A DNA stretch of 64,000 bases from Alphaproteobacteria bacterium (lineage in GTDB: Bacteria; Pseudomonadota; Alphaproteobacteria; JBFXJJ01): positions 248,336 through 312,335 of the forward strand of contig JBFXJJ010000001.1 of the NCBI GenBank assembly GCA_050175015.1, given 5' to 3'. Of this stretch, positions 1 through 10,706 are shown one piece after another. Within the stretch, counting starts at the first letter, position 1; every line of letters begins with the position of its first letter. Below the pieces are notes generated by a model that was given only the letters and a program-made list of their open reading frames with translations, ran no database searches and was not told where the DNA came from. The position numbers and the translations under genes are program-made.

Positions 1-47
1 ATCATAGTCCAGCCGCCGACAGTAGTAATAGATTTTATGAGACTCAC
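1..47 (-). CDS. murJ: 5' fragment of lipid II flippase MurJ (runs off window edge)
   Basis: Minus-strand GTG at 47 preceded by AGGAG; translates MSLIKSITTVGGWTM, typical of the MurJ/MviN N-terminus. Not in the ORF track. Confidence 0.75.
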   Translation of the reverse strand, partial: MSLIKSITTVGGWTM

Positions 48-186
48 GGGGAAAAACTCCTAAATTAGAGATTTGATGTGAAGTATATGCTAGTTTATAG
101 AAGAAAAATTTGTTTTAATAAATAGCTAATTTCTTATATATAGAAGTTATAGGTCGTAATCTTAATTAAATTTTTAACTGGTTTTT

Positions 187-618
187 ATGAATAATATCCA
201 CGCATCTTGTATAAGTATAGATAATAATGGCGTTTTAATTATAGGCAAATCGGGCAGCGGTAAATCCGATTTAGCACTAAGGCTTATTGATAATGGTGCT
301 GAATTGGTTGCTGATGATAGATGTGAAGTATTTGCAGATAATAATAAATTATTGGCACAAGCTCCAAGCCGCATCAAAGGCTTAATTGAGGTTCGAGGGA
401 TAGGCATTATCAAACTTCCTTTTGTGATTAAAAGTGAAATCAAGCTCGTGGTTGAACTTCAAGAAAAATTATTGATTGATAGAATGCCTGATGCAGATTT
501 ATGTCATATTTGTGGTCTTGATATACCAAAAATTTTGCTATATCCTTTTGAAAATTCAGCAATCATAAAAGTTAAACTGGCTCTTGCAATAGCAGCTAAT
601 AAAATCGAAAAAATATGA
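187..618 (+). CDS. hprK: HPr kinase/phosphorylase (short alphaproteobacterial form)
   Basis: Walker A GKSGSGKS, VADD, GLIEVRGIGI; PTS cluster context. Confidence 0.9.
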   Translation: MNNIHASCISIDNNGVLIIGKSGSGKSDLALRLIDNGAELVADDRCEVFADNNKLLAQAPSRIKGLIEVRGIGIIKLPFVIKSEIKLVVELQEKLLIDRMPDADLCHICGLDIPKILLYPFENSAIIKVKLALAIAANKIEKI

Positions 619-1577
619 AAATAAATAAAGAAAATAAATGGCAGATTATAATTGTCACAGGTATGTCTGGGGCAGGGAAGTCGACCGTACTTAAGTCCTT
701 TGAAGATTTTGGATTTGAAACATTTGATAATATTCCTCTGTCTTTAGTAAGATATTTAATTAGTGAAGAACAGCAAAAAAAAGAAGATGAAAATCAACTT
801 TCACTGCTTAAATCACTGGCTAATCCTGAAAATAAAAATTCAAAAAAATTAAGACCGCTCGCAATTGGTATTGATATAAGAACCAGAGATTTCGGCGTAA
901 AACCGCTTTATCATTTTTTTGAAATGTTAAAAGAAAATCCCAATATTGAAAATCATCTTATTTTTATGGATTGTGAAGATACCGTTTTACAGCGCAGATT
1001 CACTGAAACTCGAAGAAAACACCCTCTTGCTCAAGACCGAAGGTTAGAAGATGGAATTGAGCAAGAAAGAAAAATAATGAGTTCAATTAAGGAAATTGCC
1101 AATACAATTATTGATACCAGCGAAACATCTCCATCTGAAATTAAGAATTATATTGAAAGTAATTTTATTAAAGATAAAGATGCCGCTCTTAAAATTTTTG
1201 TTACTTCATTTTCTTATCGTTATGGCATTCCTCGTAACGCTGACCTCGTTTTTGATGTCAGATTTTTAAAAAATCCGCACTATGTTTCAGAACTAAAAAA
1301 ACTAACAGGGAATGATGAAAAAGTTGGAGAATATATTGCAAATGATGCAATATATGATACTTTCTTTAAAGGGCTTACCAATTTTATTGAGCCCCTATTG
1401 CCACGTTATATTTCTGAGGGTAAAAGTTATTTGACAATAGCTTTTGGCTGTACAGGGGGTCAACATCGCTCGGTTTTTGTGGCAAATGAACTAAAAAAAT
1501 GGCTTGCAAAAAAAGAAATAATAGTAAATTTAAAACATAGAGAACTTGAACATATTTTAATAAAAGAAAGGCTCTAA
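615..1577 (+). CDS. rapZ: RNase adapter RapZ
   Basis: GMSGAGKS, DVRFLKNP, GCTGGQHRSV. Confidence 0.95.
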   Translation: MKINKENKWQIIIVTGMSGAGKSTVLKSFEDFGFETFDNIPLSLVRYLISEEQQKKEDENQLSLLKSLANPENKNSKKLRPLAIGIDIRTRDFGVKPLYHFFEMLKENPNIENHLIFMDCEDTVLQRRFTETRRKHPLAQDRRLEDGIEQERKIMSSIKEIANTIIDTSETSPSEIKNYIESNFIKDKDAALKIFVTSFSYRYGIPRNADLVFDVRFLKNPHYVSELKKLTGNDEKVGEYIANDAIYDTFFKGLTNFIEPLLPRYISEGKSYLTIAFGCTGGQHRSVFVANELKKWLAKKEIIVNLKHRELEHILIKERL

Positions 1578-1581
1578 ATAT

Positions 1582-1980
1582 ATGATAGGTATGGTTTTAG
1601 TAACTCATGGGAAGTTAGCTAATGAGTTTATATCTGCTTTAGAACATGTTGTAGGGAAACAGGAAAATATCGAAAAGATATGTATCGACCCTGATGATGA
1701 TATGGAGCAGAAGCGTTCTGAAATTATGAATTCAGTCTCAAAAGTTAACACTGGAAACGGTGTTGTAATTTTGACTGATATGTTTGGCGGAACACCCTCG
1801 AATCTTGCTATATCAATTATGGATAAAGCCAAAGTTGAAGTAATAGCAGGGGTTAATTTACCGATGCTTATCAAGTTAGCGAGTGTTAGGAGCTCGTCCT
1901 CAATCGAAGATGCTATTTTTGCAGCTCAGGAAGCGGGACGGAAGTATATCAATGTTGCCTCAAGATTGCTTGCGGGCTGA
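1582..1980 (+). CDS. manX: PTS EIIA component, mannose family
   Basis: VTHG phospho-His, TDMFGGTPSN, GVNLPML. Confidence 0.9.
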   Translation: MIGMVLVTHGKLANEFISALEHVVGKQENIEKICIDPDDDMEQKRSEIMNSVSKVNTGNGVVILTDMFGGTPSNLAISIMDKAKVEVIAGVNLPMLIKLASVRSSSSIEDAIFAAQEAGRKYINVASRLLAG

Positions 1981-1995
1981 TTTAACTTAAGATGA

Positions 1996-2328
1996 ATGTT
2001 GGTTATGGAAAATATCTATAATATAAAATCGGAATGTGCTGGGGATTCTATTTTGAACTATGATCACAAAGTGTTGGTAAAAATTGCAAATCAAAAAGGT
2101 CTGCATGCAAGGGCTGCCGCTGCTTTTGTAAAGCTGGCAGAACGTTTTGAAGCAGAAATAACAGTTAGTAAAAATGGTATGGAAGTTTGTGGCAAGTCTA
2201 TTATGGGTCTTATGATGTTAGCAGCCGCTAAGGGTTCGGAAATTGAACTTAAAGCTAAAGGTAAACAGTCTAAAAAAGCGATTGAAGCTTTAACGGAATT
2301 AGTAAATGCAAAATTCAACGAAGATTAA
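1996..2328 (+). CDS. ptsH: Phosphocarrier protein HPr/NPr
   Basis: GLHARAAA (His15 motif), KSIMGLMML (Ser46 motif). Confidence 0.92.
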   Translation: MLVMENIYNIKSECAGDSILNYDHKVLVKIANQKGLHARAAAAFVKLAERFEAEITVSKNGMEVCGKSIMGLMMLAAAKGSEIELKAKGKQSKKAIEALTELVNAKFNED

Positions 2329-4123
2329 TGACCCTGAATTTATTCCTGACATTACTTCTAGAAATATGTCAGAGACTGTTGTTGAAACTGTTATGCAGGA
2401 AATAAATTACAGTGGGCTTGGAGTTTCACCTGGTATTGCAATCGGTGTGGCATACGTCCACAACCCTTCAGTTATCACTGTGCCTAAATATCGTATTGAA
2501 GTTGGACAAATCGAAGAAGAACAGAAAAGAGTTGTTCAAGCCTCTCAAAAAACAGAAAGACAATTACTTTATCTAAAGCATAAGGTACAAAAATTACCAG
2601 ATTCTTCAGGCGAAGAAATTGAATTTCTGCTCGATGCTTATGGGCAGATGCTGAAAAATTCAAGATTAATAAGAGGCGTTTTAGATCGTATCCGCAAAGA
2701 CCAGATTAATGCTGAAGCTGCGGTGCAGACTGAGATAGCAATGCTTGCAGAAGCATTTGCATCAATGGAAGATTCTTATTTGTCATCACGTTTAGAAGAT
2801 GTAAGAAGTGTTGGGCTTAGGTTAATAAGAAATCTTACCAAAGAAGTTTTTCAGCCTTTTGCGAAGCTTCCTAAAAATTCAGTTATTATTTCGCACGAGT
2901 TAACACCTGCTGATACCGCAATGCTTGATCCTAATTTTATTTCAGGATTTGCAACGGTTAAAGGCGGAGCTCAGAGCCATACAGGATTGCTCGCCCGTTC
3001 GCTGGCTTTGCCTGCTGTTATCGGTGTCGATAACCTTATGAGCAAGGTAAGAACTGGAGACCCTGTTATTATTGATGGTACTTTCGGCTTGGTTATTGTT
3101 TGTCCAAGCAGGGAAGTTATTGACCGCTATTCAATGTATCGCCAAGATTTCTTGAGATGGAGAGATTCCTTAAGCCAATTGAAAGATCTTCCTTCTGTTA
3201 CTACAGATAACTTTCATATCAGTTTAAAAGGAAACATAGATTTACCATCAGAAATTGAGGTTTTGCTTCAATCTGGTGCTGAAGGAATTGGCTTACTACG
3301 TACGGAATATATGTTTATGAATAAGGGCGAAATTCCAGACGAAAAAGAGCAATTTGAAACCCTGCGCAATGTTATTCACCGTTTAAACGGTCAGCCTGTC
3401 ACGATAAGGACATTAGATGTTGGTGGTGATAAACCAAACGAACTCGTTGCAACAGGAACAGGAAGTAACCCTGCTCTCGGGCTTAGAGGGATAAGATGCT
3501 CTCTTAAATGGCAAGACCTTTTAGAAATACAGCTCTCGGCAATTTTAAGAGCGTCAGTTTATGGACCTGTTAACATTATGCTGCCGATGGTAAGTGATGT
3601 TTCTGAGGTCATAAAAGTCAGAGAGATAATGGCTAAGCTTGTAGAAAAATTAAGGCAGAATGGTGTTGATCTTCCTAATCCTCTACCGCCGCTCGGCATT
3701 ATGATTGAAACACCTAGTGCTGCTTTAATGGCAGAATCATATTTGGGCAAGGTTGATTTCTTCTCGATTGGAACTAACGATTTAACCCAATATACATTGG
3801 CAGTTGATCGTACTAATCAAAATGTGGCCCATCTTTACAATACAATTCACCCGTCGGTCTTAAGGTTAATCAAAATTACAGCCGATGCTGCTGCTAAAGG
3901 GAAAATACCAGTTTCTATGTGTGGTGAAATGGCAGCAAACGCTCATCATATTAAACTATTATTGGGACTTGGCATTTATGAACTATCAATGCCAGCAACT
4001 AATATTCCAACAGTGAAAGAAAGAGTCCGTTCAATTAATATGAATGATGCTCGTAATTTTGCTAATTATATTTTGAGTCTTTCTAATGCGGATGAAATTC
4101 GCAATATAATTTACAATTCATAA
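2306..4123 (+). CDS. ptsI: PEP-protein phosphotransferase, enzyme I (no GAF domain); true start may be ATG 2366
   Basis: GGAQSHTGLLARS, GLLRTEY, NPALGLRGIR, SIGTNDLTQY, CGEMA. Confidence 0.92.
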   Translation: MQNSTKINDPEFIPDITSRNMSETVVETVMQEINYSGLGVSPGIAIGVAYVHNPSVITVPKYRIEVGQIEEEQKRVVQASQKTERQLLYLKHKVQKLPDSSGEEIEFLLDAYGQMLKNSRLIRGVLDRIRKDQINAEAAVQTEIAMLAEAFASMEDSYLSSRLEDVRSVGLRLIRNLTKEVFQPFAKLPKNSVIISHELTPADTAMLDPNFISGFATVKGGAQSHTGLLARSLALPAVIGVDNLMSKVRTGDPVIIDGTFGLVIVCPSREVIDRYSMYRQDFLRWRDSLSQLKDLPSVTTDNFHISLKGNIDLPSEIEVLLQSGAEGIGLLRTEYMFMNKGEIPDEKEQFETLRNVIHRLNGQPVTIRTLDVGGDKPNELVATGTGSNPALGLRGIRCSLKWQDLLEIQLSAILRASVYGPVNIMLPMVSDVSEVIKVREIMAKLVEKLRQNGVDLPNPLPPLGIMIETPSAALMAESYLGKVDFFSIGTNDLTQYTLAVDRTNQNVAHLYNTIHPSVLRLIKITADAAAKGKIPVSMCGEMAANAHHIKLLLGLGIYELSMPATNIPTVKERVRSINMNDARNFANYILSLSNADEIRNIIYNS

Positions 4124-4148
4124 GAACTTTTAAGGAGATTTTTTAAAT

Positions 4149-5441
4149 ATGAGCTTTAACGATTATAAAGTAAAAGATATTAATTTGGCTGATTGGGGAC
4201 ATAAAGAAATTAAAATAGCTGAAATAGAAATGCCAGGTCTCATGGCTATTCGTGAAGAATATAAAGGTAAAAATCCTTTAAAAGGAGCTAGAATTGCTGG
4301 CTGTCTTCATATGACTATTCAAACAGCGGTTTTGATTGAAACTTTGGTTGACTTAGGTGCAGAAATCCGTTGGAGTTCTTGCAATATTTTTTCAACTCAA
4401 GATCACGCAGCAGCAGCGATTGCTGACAATAAAACCCCAGTTTTTGCTTGGAAAGGTGAAACTGAAGAAGAATTTTGGTGGTGTATTGAACAGACCATTT
4501 TTGGCCCAGAAGGTTGGCGCCCTAATATGATTCTTGATGACGGCGGCGATTTAACTTTAGTAATGCATCAGAAGTACCCTGAACTTTTGAAAGAAGTTAG
4601 AGGGCTTTCTGAAGAAACAACTACAGGTGTTCATCGTCTTTATGAAATGGCTAAAAAGAATACTTTAAAAGTTCCAGCTTTCAACGTTAATGACTCTGTT
4701 ACCAAATCAAAATTTGATAATCTTTATGGTTGTCGTGAAAGCTTAGTTGACGGTATTAAACGTGGTACGGACGTTATGGTTGCTGGTAAAGTAGCGGTTG
4801 TTTGTGGTTATGGTGATGTTGGTAAAGGTTCTGCTGCTTCTTTGCGTAACCAAGGCGCAAGAGTTTTAGTTACGGAAATCGACCCAATATGTGCTTTGCA
4901 GGCTGCTATGGAAGGCTATCAAGTAGTAACAATGGAACAAGCTGCTCCAATTGGTGATATTTTTGTAACCGCAACGGGCAATTTAAAAGTTATTACTCAC
5001 GACCATATGAAACAAATGAAAGATAGAGCAATCGTTTGCAATATTGGACATTTCGATAGCGAAATAGATGTAGCATCTCTTAGAAAATATAAATGGTTCA
5101 ATGTTAAACCTCAAGTAGATGAAATTGAATTTACAGATGGCAAACGTCTTATTCTTCTTGCTGAAGGTCGTTTAGTAAATCTTGGTTGTGCTACAGGACA
5201 CCCAAGTTTTGTTATGAGCAATTCTTTCACTAATCAGGTTTTAGCGCAGATTGAACTTTGGAATAACTATAAAGATTATGAAAATAAAGTTTATGTTCTT
5301 CCAAAACATCTTGATGAAAAAGTTGCATCACTGCATTTGAAAAAAATTGGCGTTGAACTTACTAAATTAACTAAAGAACAGGCTGATTATATTGGTGTTT
5401 CTGTAGAAGGACCATATAAACCTGAATATTATCGTTATTAA
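4149..5441 (+). CDS. ahcY: S-adenosylhomocysteine hydrolase
   Basis: [24 protein letters not shown]-terminal [10 protein letters not shown]. Confidence 0.98.
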   Translation: MSFNDYKVKDINLADWGHKEIKIAEIEMPGLMAIREEYKGKNPLKGARIAGCLHMTIQTAVLIETLVDLGAEIRWSSCNIFSTQDHAAAAIADNKTPVFAWKGETEEEFWWCIEQTIFGPEGWRPNMILDDGGDLTLVMHQKYPELLKEVRGLSEETTTGVHRLYEMAKKNTLKVPAFNVNDSVTKSKFDNLYGCRESLVDGIKRGTDVMVAGKVAVVCGYGDVGKGSAASLRNQGARVLVTEIDPICALQAAMEGYQVVTMEQAAPIGDIFVTATGNLKVITHDHMKQMKDRAIVCNIGHFDSEIDVASLRKYKWFNVKPQVDEIEFTDGKRLILLAEGRLVNLGCATGHPSFVMSNSFTNQVLAQIELWNNYKDYENKVYVLPKHLDEKVASLHLKKIGVELTKLTKEQADYIGVSVEGPYKPEYYRY

Positions 5442-5460
5442 TTTTTAAGGAATTTTCTAT

Positions 5461-6234
5461 ATGTCGCCGATACTTATAGGCTCTTGTGCAAGTTTAGCCG
5501 CAGGTATGGCAACGGGTGTCGGTGCGGCGTTTGTCTTTTTTATCAAAAAGATGAATGAAAAATTAGAAGATTTACTTTTGGGTACAGCGGCAGGCGTTAT
5601 GCTTGCCGCTTCCTTTTTTTCTTTAATTCTGCCGTCGATTGAATCTGGCACAGAAATTTATCATAACAAAATTATAGCAATAGCTGTCACAACTGTGACG
5701 TTTTTAATTGGAGCGGCGGTTGTCTGGCTTATTAATGAATATGTTCCGCACGAGCATTTTATTATGGGACACGAAGGCGGTGATGCTGGTCAGTTAAAAA
5801 AAATATGGTTATTTATTATTGCGATAACGATACATAATTTTCCAGAGGGTATGGCAGTTGGAGTTGCTTTTGGCGGGAATAATATCGCAGATGGAATTCC
5901 GATTGCGGTTGGTATCGGTTTGCAAAATATTCCCGAGGGTTTAGCTGTTTCGCTTGCCCTTATTGGTCAAGGATATAAAAGAACCAAGTCATTTATAATT
6001 GGTCTTATTACTGGTTTGGTAGAACCAATCGGTGGAATTATAGGAATATCTGCGGTTTCAGTATTTTTAAAACTGCTTCCTGGTGGTTTAGCTTTTGCGG
6101 CTGGTGCTATGATTTTTATCATAAGCCACGAAATAGTTCCCGAAACTCATCGCAGAGGTCATCATAATGCGGCAACACTGGGGCTGTTACTTGGTTTTTC
6201 AGTAATGATGGTTTTAGATGTTCTTCTAGGCTGA
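5461..6234 (+). CDS. ZIP family (GufA/ZupT-like) metal transporter
   Basis: HNFPEGMAVG and QNIPEG motifs, multiple TM segments. Confidence 0.92.
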   Translation: MSPILIGSCASLAAGMATGVGAAFVFFIKKMNEKLEDLLLGTAAGVMLAASFFSLILPSIESGTEIYHNKIIAIAVTTVTFLIGAAVVWLINEYVPHEHFIMGHEGGDAGQLKKIWLFIIAITIHNFPEGMAVGVAFGGNNIADGIPIAVGIGLQNIPEGLAVSLALIGQGYKRTKSFIIGLITGLVEPIGGIIGISAVSVFLKLLPGGLAFAAGAMIFIISHEIVPETHRRGHHNAATLGLLLGFSVMMVLDVLLG

Positions 6235-6379
6235 AGCTACGGGGGGGCTTTGACCGCCGTATAAATATACTATCAATAATATGCAGTACTCTTAGATAAC
6301 AATCTTGAACCTCTTATAAAAGAAGAGTTTTAGCAATTGTTATTTGTCAGCAAAACAGCGTTAAATATATAATTACTTT

Positions 6380-6952
6380 CTAGCGGCTTTGATTTTGCAT
6401 TGCTTGATTTAAAGCCGCGCTTTTGCTTTCGGCTGCCAAGCTTTGTTTTTTCATATCAATAATATTTGACGCAAGGCTGCGAAATTCAGGATCTCCAACA
6501 TAGCCTGCAATTTGACCGGTTCCCATTAAGGTTGCACGGTATCCTTTTCTTTCATCAGGATTAAGCTCTCTGTAAATAGTGCCTTCATAAGCATGGGAAA
6601 AACCATAAATTTTACGCATATCCTCGACATCTTCTTTTGTAAGTCTGTCGTTGGGATAATCTTTGGCTTCAGGTGCTTTTAAATTTTCAAACTCTTTTTC
6701 GTGCTTTGCAAAAAATGCAATACGATCAAAAACCTTACCTGCATTTAAATAACTTAGATTGGGAAAACTTTTTTCAGCAAGAGTAACAAACGCAGTTCTA
6801 ACCGTATCTTCAGAATTTTTAACTTCACTGGGATTAGCTGCTTTTTGAGTCAAATTAGAATGATTTTCTAATGCTGCGGCTAAATTTTTCTGCAGTTTTT
6901 TTTCATAAAAATGGTCTTTAATCGATTGAATAAAATCCTTTTTTTCTTGCAT
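6380..6952 (-). CDS. Orphan soluble protein with C-terminal ...QSR tail (candidate secreted substrate)
   Basis: 190 aa ORF with AGGA RBS and upstream TATAAT; no recognisable domain; ends KSAALNQAMQNQSR. Confidence 0.75.
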   Translation of the reverse strand: MQEKKDFIQSIKDHFYEKKLQKNLAAALENHSNLTQKAANPSEVKNSEDTVRTAFVTLAEKSFPNLSYLNAGKVFDRIAFFAKHEKEFENLKAPEAKDYPNDRLTKEDVEDMRKIYGFSHAYEGTIYRELNPDERKGYRATLMGTGQIAGYVGDPEFRSLASNIIDMKKQSLAAESKSAALNQAMQNQSR

Positions 6953-7007
6953 TTGCTTTGTCCTAATTGTTTAAAGAGGTGTAATTATAATACAATTTTT
7001 CAAAAAT

Positions 7008-8759
7008 TTAAACAGAATAATCGTCTTCTATGATTTGAGCCTCAAAGTCTCTGGACGTTCTTTCTTCATTTTCACTGGCAATTTTTTCATAAATATCACG
7101 GCTGTTGAACATTGCCTTAGCAATTCTACGGCAGAGTTTAAAAATTTGGCTGAAATTTTCAATCATCTCCATTTCTCTAGTATAAGTTTGAAGGCGATTG
7201 GGTTCAGATGCTACTAGCCTTAAAGCTTGATGGCGAGATACTCTTAAAGTAAGCCGGCTCATTCCTTTTTTCATTTCATAGACTTCTTTGGCAACGCTCA
7301 TATTGCGGTCTCTGACTGCGAGAATGATTTTTTCGAGTGCAATCATAATTTGTTGCTGATATTTCTCTAACATCTCTCTAGTTTCTCGGCTTACGACAAC
7401 TTTCTCAGCAATGCGCCTTTTTCCTATAGTAACCAGACCTGTTTCGATAAGATCTCCCATATTTTCAAAGTGATTGGTGATTTGGATAAGTTCCATAATT
7501 TCATCAGTTTGATATTCATCATAATCAGACTTTTTAACGAGCTTGCTTAAAAAATCGATAATAAAGCCGTGGCGCATATCAACACGTTCGTCCATTTTTA
7601 CAATCGAATCCAATTCATCTTTGTTGCCTGAAATAACAGATTTCATAATTTTATCATACATTTCTAAAACCGAACGACCTAGCTCTCCTATTTCCATACG
7701 GCATCTAGAAAGAGCCATTTCAGGAATATCAAGTAATTCATCACTGATAAAAAGAGGCTTAATTTTTTCTTGTTTTTCTTCAGGTACTTCAGGAATTAAT
7801 TTTTCAAAGAATTTAGTAATTTGAGGAATAAACCAGATAAAAAGCATCGTGTTTAAAACATTAAACATAGTATGAGCATTGGCGATTTGTCTTGGCATAA
7901 CCGATAAATCTTGGCTCAGATTAGGATCTGCCTTTGGGGAAATAGCTATAACTAGTTTGGCAATTTCAGGAATAAACCAAACCCAAATTAAAACTCCAAC
8001 AACATTAAACGTGACGTGAAACAATGCTGTTCTAAGAGATTCCCTGTTTTTACCGATAATATTAAAAAGAGCAGTTATACAGGTGCCAATGTTAGCCCCA
8101 AAACAAATAGCGATTGCAATCGGAAGGGATAAAAAGCCTTGTCCGGCAAGAACTAATACCAAGCCCATCGTAGCAACGGAATACTGAATGATACTGGTAA
8201 AAACAGCGCCAATTAAAATAGCATAAAAACTATTATTAATATTTTTTATAAATGAAATAAAAGCGTTATTATCACCTGACGTAATAATGGTTTGTTTCAT
8301 TAGGTATACACCGTAGAAAATTAAACCAAAACCCAATAAGATATTCCCATATTCTTTTAGTTTTTCTTTCCGACCAAAAAAACTAATCACAAATCCAATA
8401 GTAACTATCGGCAGAGCAATTTTGATAACGTCGAAAGCCAAAATTTGAGTAGCTATTGTGCTGCCGATATTAGCCCCCATAATGATACCTATGCATTGCA
8501 TCATAGATATGAGACCAGCAGAGACAAAGCTTACTACAATAGCGATTGTAACAGATGAGGAGTTAACTAGACTTGTAATCAAAATACCAGTAAAAATACC
8601 CGAAAGGCGGTTTTTTGAAAGTAGAGCTAGAAGATCTTTCATACGGCTGCCAGTAACAATTTTTAAAGATTTTGTTAAAATATCCATTCCTAGGAGAAAT
8701 AGAGCTAAACCTCCTAAAAGTCCGCTCCACAAAAAGAAATAATCGGTATTGATGTTCAT
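7008..8759 (-). CDS. Na+/Pi cotransporter family protein with C-terminal PhoU-like region
   Basis: GGLALFLLGM, two GANIG(S/T) repeats, IANAHTMFN. Confidence 0.92.
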   Translation of the reverse strand: MNINTDYFFLWSGLLGGLALFLLGMDILTKSLKIVTGSRMKDLLALLSKNRLSGIFTGILITSLVNSSSVTIAIVVSFVSAGLISMMQCIGIIMGANIGSTIATQILAFDVIKIALPIVTIGFVISFFGRKEKLKEYGNILLGFGLIFYGVYLMKQTIITSGDNNAFISFIKNINNSFYAILIGAVFTSIIQYSVATMGLVLVLAGQGFLSLPIAIAICFGANIGTCITALFNIIGKNRESLRTALFHVTFNVVGVLIWVWFIPEIAKLVIAISPKADPNLSQDLSVMPRQIANAHTMFNVLNTMLFIWFIPQITKFFEKLIPEVPEEKQEKIKPLFISDELLDIPEMALSRCRMEIGELGRSVLEMYDKIMKSVISGNKDELDSIVKMDERVDMRHGFIIDFLSKLVKKSDYDEYQTDEIMELIQITNHFENMGDLIETGLVTIGKRRIAEKVVVSRETREMLEKYQQQIMIALEKIILAVRDRNMSVAKEVYEMKKGMSRLTLRVSRHQALRLVASEPNRLQTYTREMEMIENFSQIFKLCRRIAKAMFNSRDIYEKIASENEERTSRDFEAQIIEDDYSV

Positions 8760-8857
8760 GATAATCCTATTTTTGGTAAGATGGTTTGGGGTAAGAAAAA
8801 CCTATTTATTATATATGATTTCTAAAATTATTAAATAAATTTTATAATAAAAAGGGG

Positions 8858-9403
8858 CTATTCTTTAAAAAATTCTTTTAAGAGGTTATAGGCATTAACA
8901 ACTAGTTTGAAACGTTCTTCCGCATCTTTATCCCCGCCGGTAATATCTGGGTGATATTTTTTAGCAAGAACTTTGTATCTTTTATGAAGGTCTTTTAGGT
9001 CAAAAGGAGGTATAAGCTCCATTATTTGCATAGCGTTTTCTTGCTCAGAATTAACATACCTAGCTTCTTGATTCTCAGAATTTTTATCTTGATAGAAAAA
9101 ACCAAAGGAATCGTTTGTTTTATAATTAGCTGCTCTTGTTCCAAAACGCCAAGTTTGGTTTTGCCATAAGGCATCACTTCTAATATGATGTTCAATTTCT
9201 TCTGGTGTCATATCAGAATAATAGTCCCAAGACTCGTTGTATTCTCTAACGTGTTTTAAGCAAAACCAATAATATTCTTTTAAAGATTTATCTTTAGGAG
9301 CTTTAAATTCAGCGGGTTCTTCACAGTCAGGATAGTCACACTTTTTGCAAGTTTTGTCTGTCTGTGGGGCATAGTATTTGGACTTTCTTTTTTTCTTATT
9401 CAT
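8858..9403 (-). CDS. DnaJ-domain protein (alphaproteobacterial type, N-terminal Cys motif)
   Basis: CDYPDC, YWFCLKHVREYN, C-terminal J domain with HPD. Confidence 0.9.
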   Translation of the reverse strand: MNKKKRKSKYYAPQTDKTCKKCDYPDCEEPAEFKAPKDKSLKEYYWFCLKHVREYNESWDYYSDMTPEEIEHHIRSDALWQNQTWRFGTRAANYKTNDSFGFFYQDKNSENQEARYVNSEQENAMQIMELIPPFDLKDLHKRYKVLAKKYHPDITGGDKDAEERFKLVVNAYNLLKEFFKE

Positions 9404-9430
9404 TATAAATTCTTAAAATACATCAAGTTC

Positions 9431-10699
9431 CTAGTAATTATTAATCTGTTTTGGAGTTATCTTAACAATTGATATTTGATTTCTATTTCGTTGCTCAATC
9501 ATAAATTCAAAACCATAAAACAGATATTTTTGTCCTTGCTCTGGAATCCTTTCGGTTTCATGCATTAAAAATCCAGCAATAGTTGCGGCTTCTTCGTCTG
9601 GCAAATTCCAATCGAATCTGCGATTAAGATCTCTGATGGTAACACTACCATCGACAAAGAATGAACCTTCTCCAGCAGGGCGGATACCTGCAACATCAAT
9701 AGGACATTCATCAGTTTCATCATTAATGTCGCCAACAATTTCTTCTAGAATATCTTCTAAAGTTACAATGCCTAAAATAGCACCATACTCATCAACCACA
9801 ATCGCAAAATGTTCTCTTTTAGCTCTAAAATCCTGCAATTGCTGTTTTAAATTTGTGGTTTCCAAAATAAACCAAGGTTTGGCAACTAATTTGGAGATAT
9901 TAAGGCTTTCAATATCGCCTTTGTGGTCTTTAACCGCACGCATCAAGCCTTTAGCTCTTAAGATGCCTATAATGTTGTCGGGTCTATCACGCCAGACAGG
10001 AATTCTGGAATAAGGCGCATCTAAGACAATATCAATAATTTCCTTAACAGGTTTGGCAACATCTATTGTAAACATATTGCGGCGGTGAGTCATAATTTCA
10101 TTAACATGGACATCGACTAAATCTAAAACACTGCGAAGCATAGCTCGTTCTTGTTTAATATCTTTGCTTTTCTGCATATTGATAACACCACGCAGTTCGG
10201 CAAGACCAAAACCTGTTTTTTGATTATGAATATCCTTAACTCTTAATATTTTTAAGAGACCATGAATAACAAATTGAAGCACAAAGACAATAGGAGACAT
10301 CATCTTAACAATTAAGTACATCAAATGGGCAATTTTAAGAGCGGTTTTGTTAGGATTTTTAATGGCGTATGTTTTAGGAATAACTTCTGAAAAAATTAGA
10401 ACTAAAACCGTCATAACAATTGTAGCGTAAACGACCCCTTTGTTTCCAAACAAGTCAATGAGTAAACCTGTAGAAATAGACGTTGCTAAAATATTAACTA
10501 AGTTATTTCCAAGAAGAATAGAACTTATTAAATTTTCATAGTTGTTTTTGAGCTTGTTAACAATAGATGCTCTCTTATCATTTTCACGTTCTTTTTCGTG
10601 CATAATTGCAGGAGATGCCGCAGTTAATGCCGTCTCTGATCCTGAGAAAAAAGCTGACATCCCAAGAAGGATAATAATTGCAATAATTGAAATCCACAT
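9431..10699 (-). CDS. HlyC/CorC (CNNM-CBS-CorC) Mg/Co transporter family
   Basis: FFSGSETA, SEVIPK, VVDEYG, CorC C-terminus. Confidence 0.93.
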   Translation of the reverse strand: MWISIIAIIILLGMSAFFSGSETALTAASPAIMHEKERENDKRASIVNKLKNNYENLISSILLGNNLVNILATSISTGLLIDLFGNKGVVYATIVMTVLVLIFSEVIPKTYAIKNPNKTALKIAHLMYLIVKMMSPIVFVLQFVIHGLLKILRVKDIHNQKTGFGLAELRGVINMQKSKDIKQERAMLRSVLDLVDVHVNEIMTHRRNMFTIDVAKPVKEIIDIVLDAPYSRIPVWRDRPDNIIGILRAKGLMRAVKDHKGDIESLNISKLVAKPWFILETTNLKQQLQDFRAKREHFAIVVDEYGAILGIVTLEDILEEIVGDINDETDECPIDVAGIRPAGEGSFFVDGSVTIRDLNRRFDWNLPDEEAATIAGFLMHETERIPEQGQKYLFYGFEFMIEQRNRNQISIVKITPKQINNY

Positions 10700-10706
10700 A
10701 TAGTCC

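Noticed and set aside
4124-4148. SAH/SAM riboswitch upstream of ahcY
   Set aside because: Only 25 nt of intergenic space, essentially just the RBS.
6238-6261. G7 tract after the ZIP gene as a phase-variation site
   Set aside because: It lies after the stop codon and pairs with CCGCCGTA as an ordinary terminator-like hairpin.
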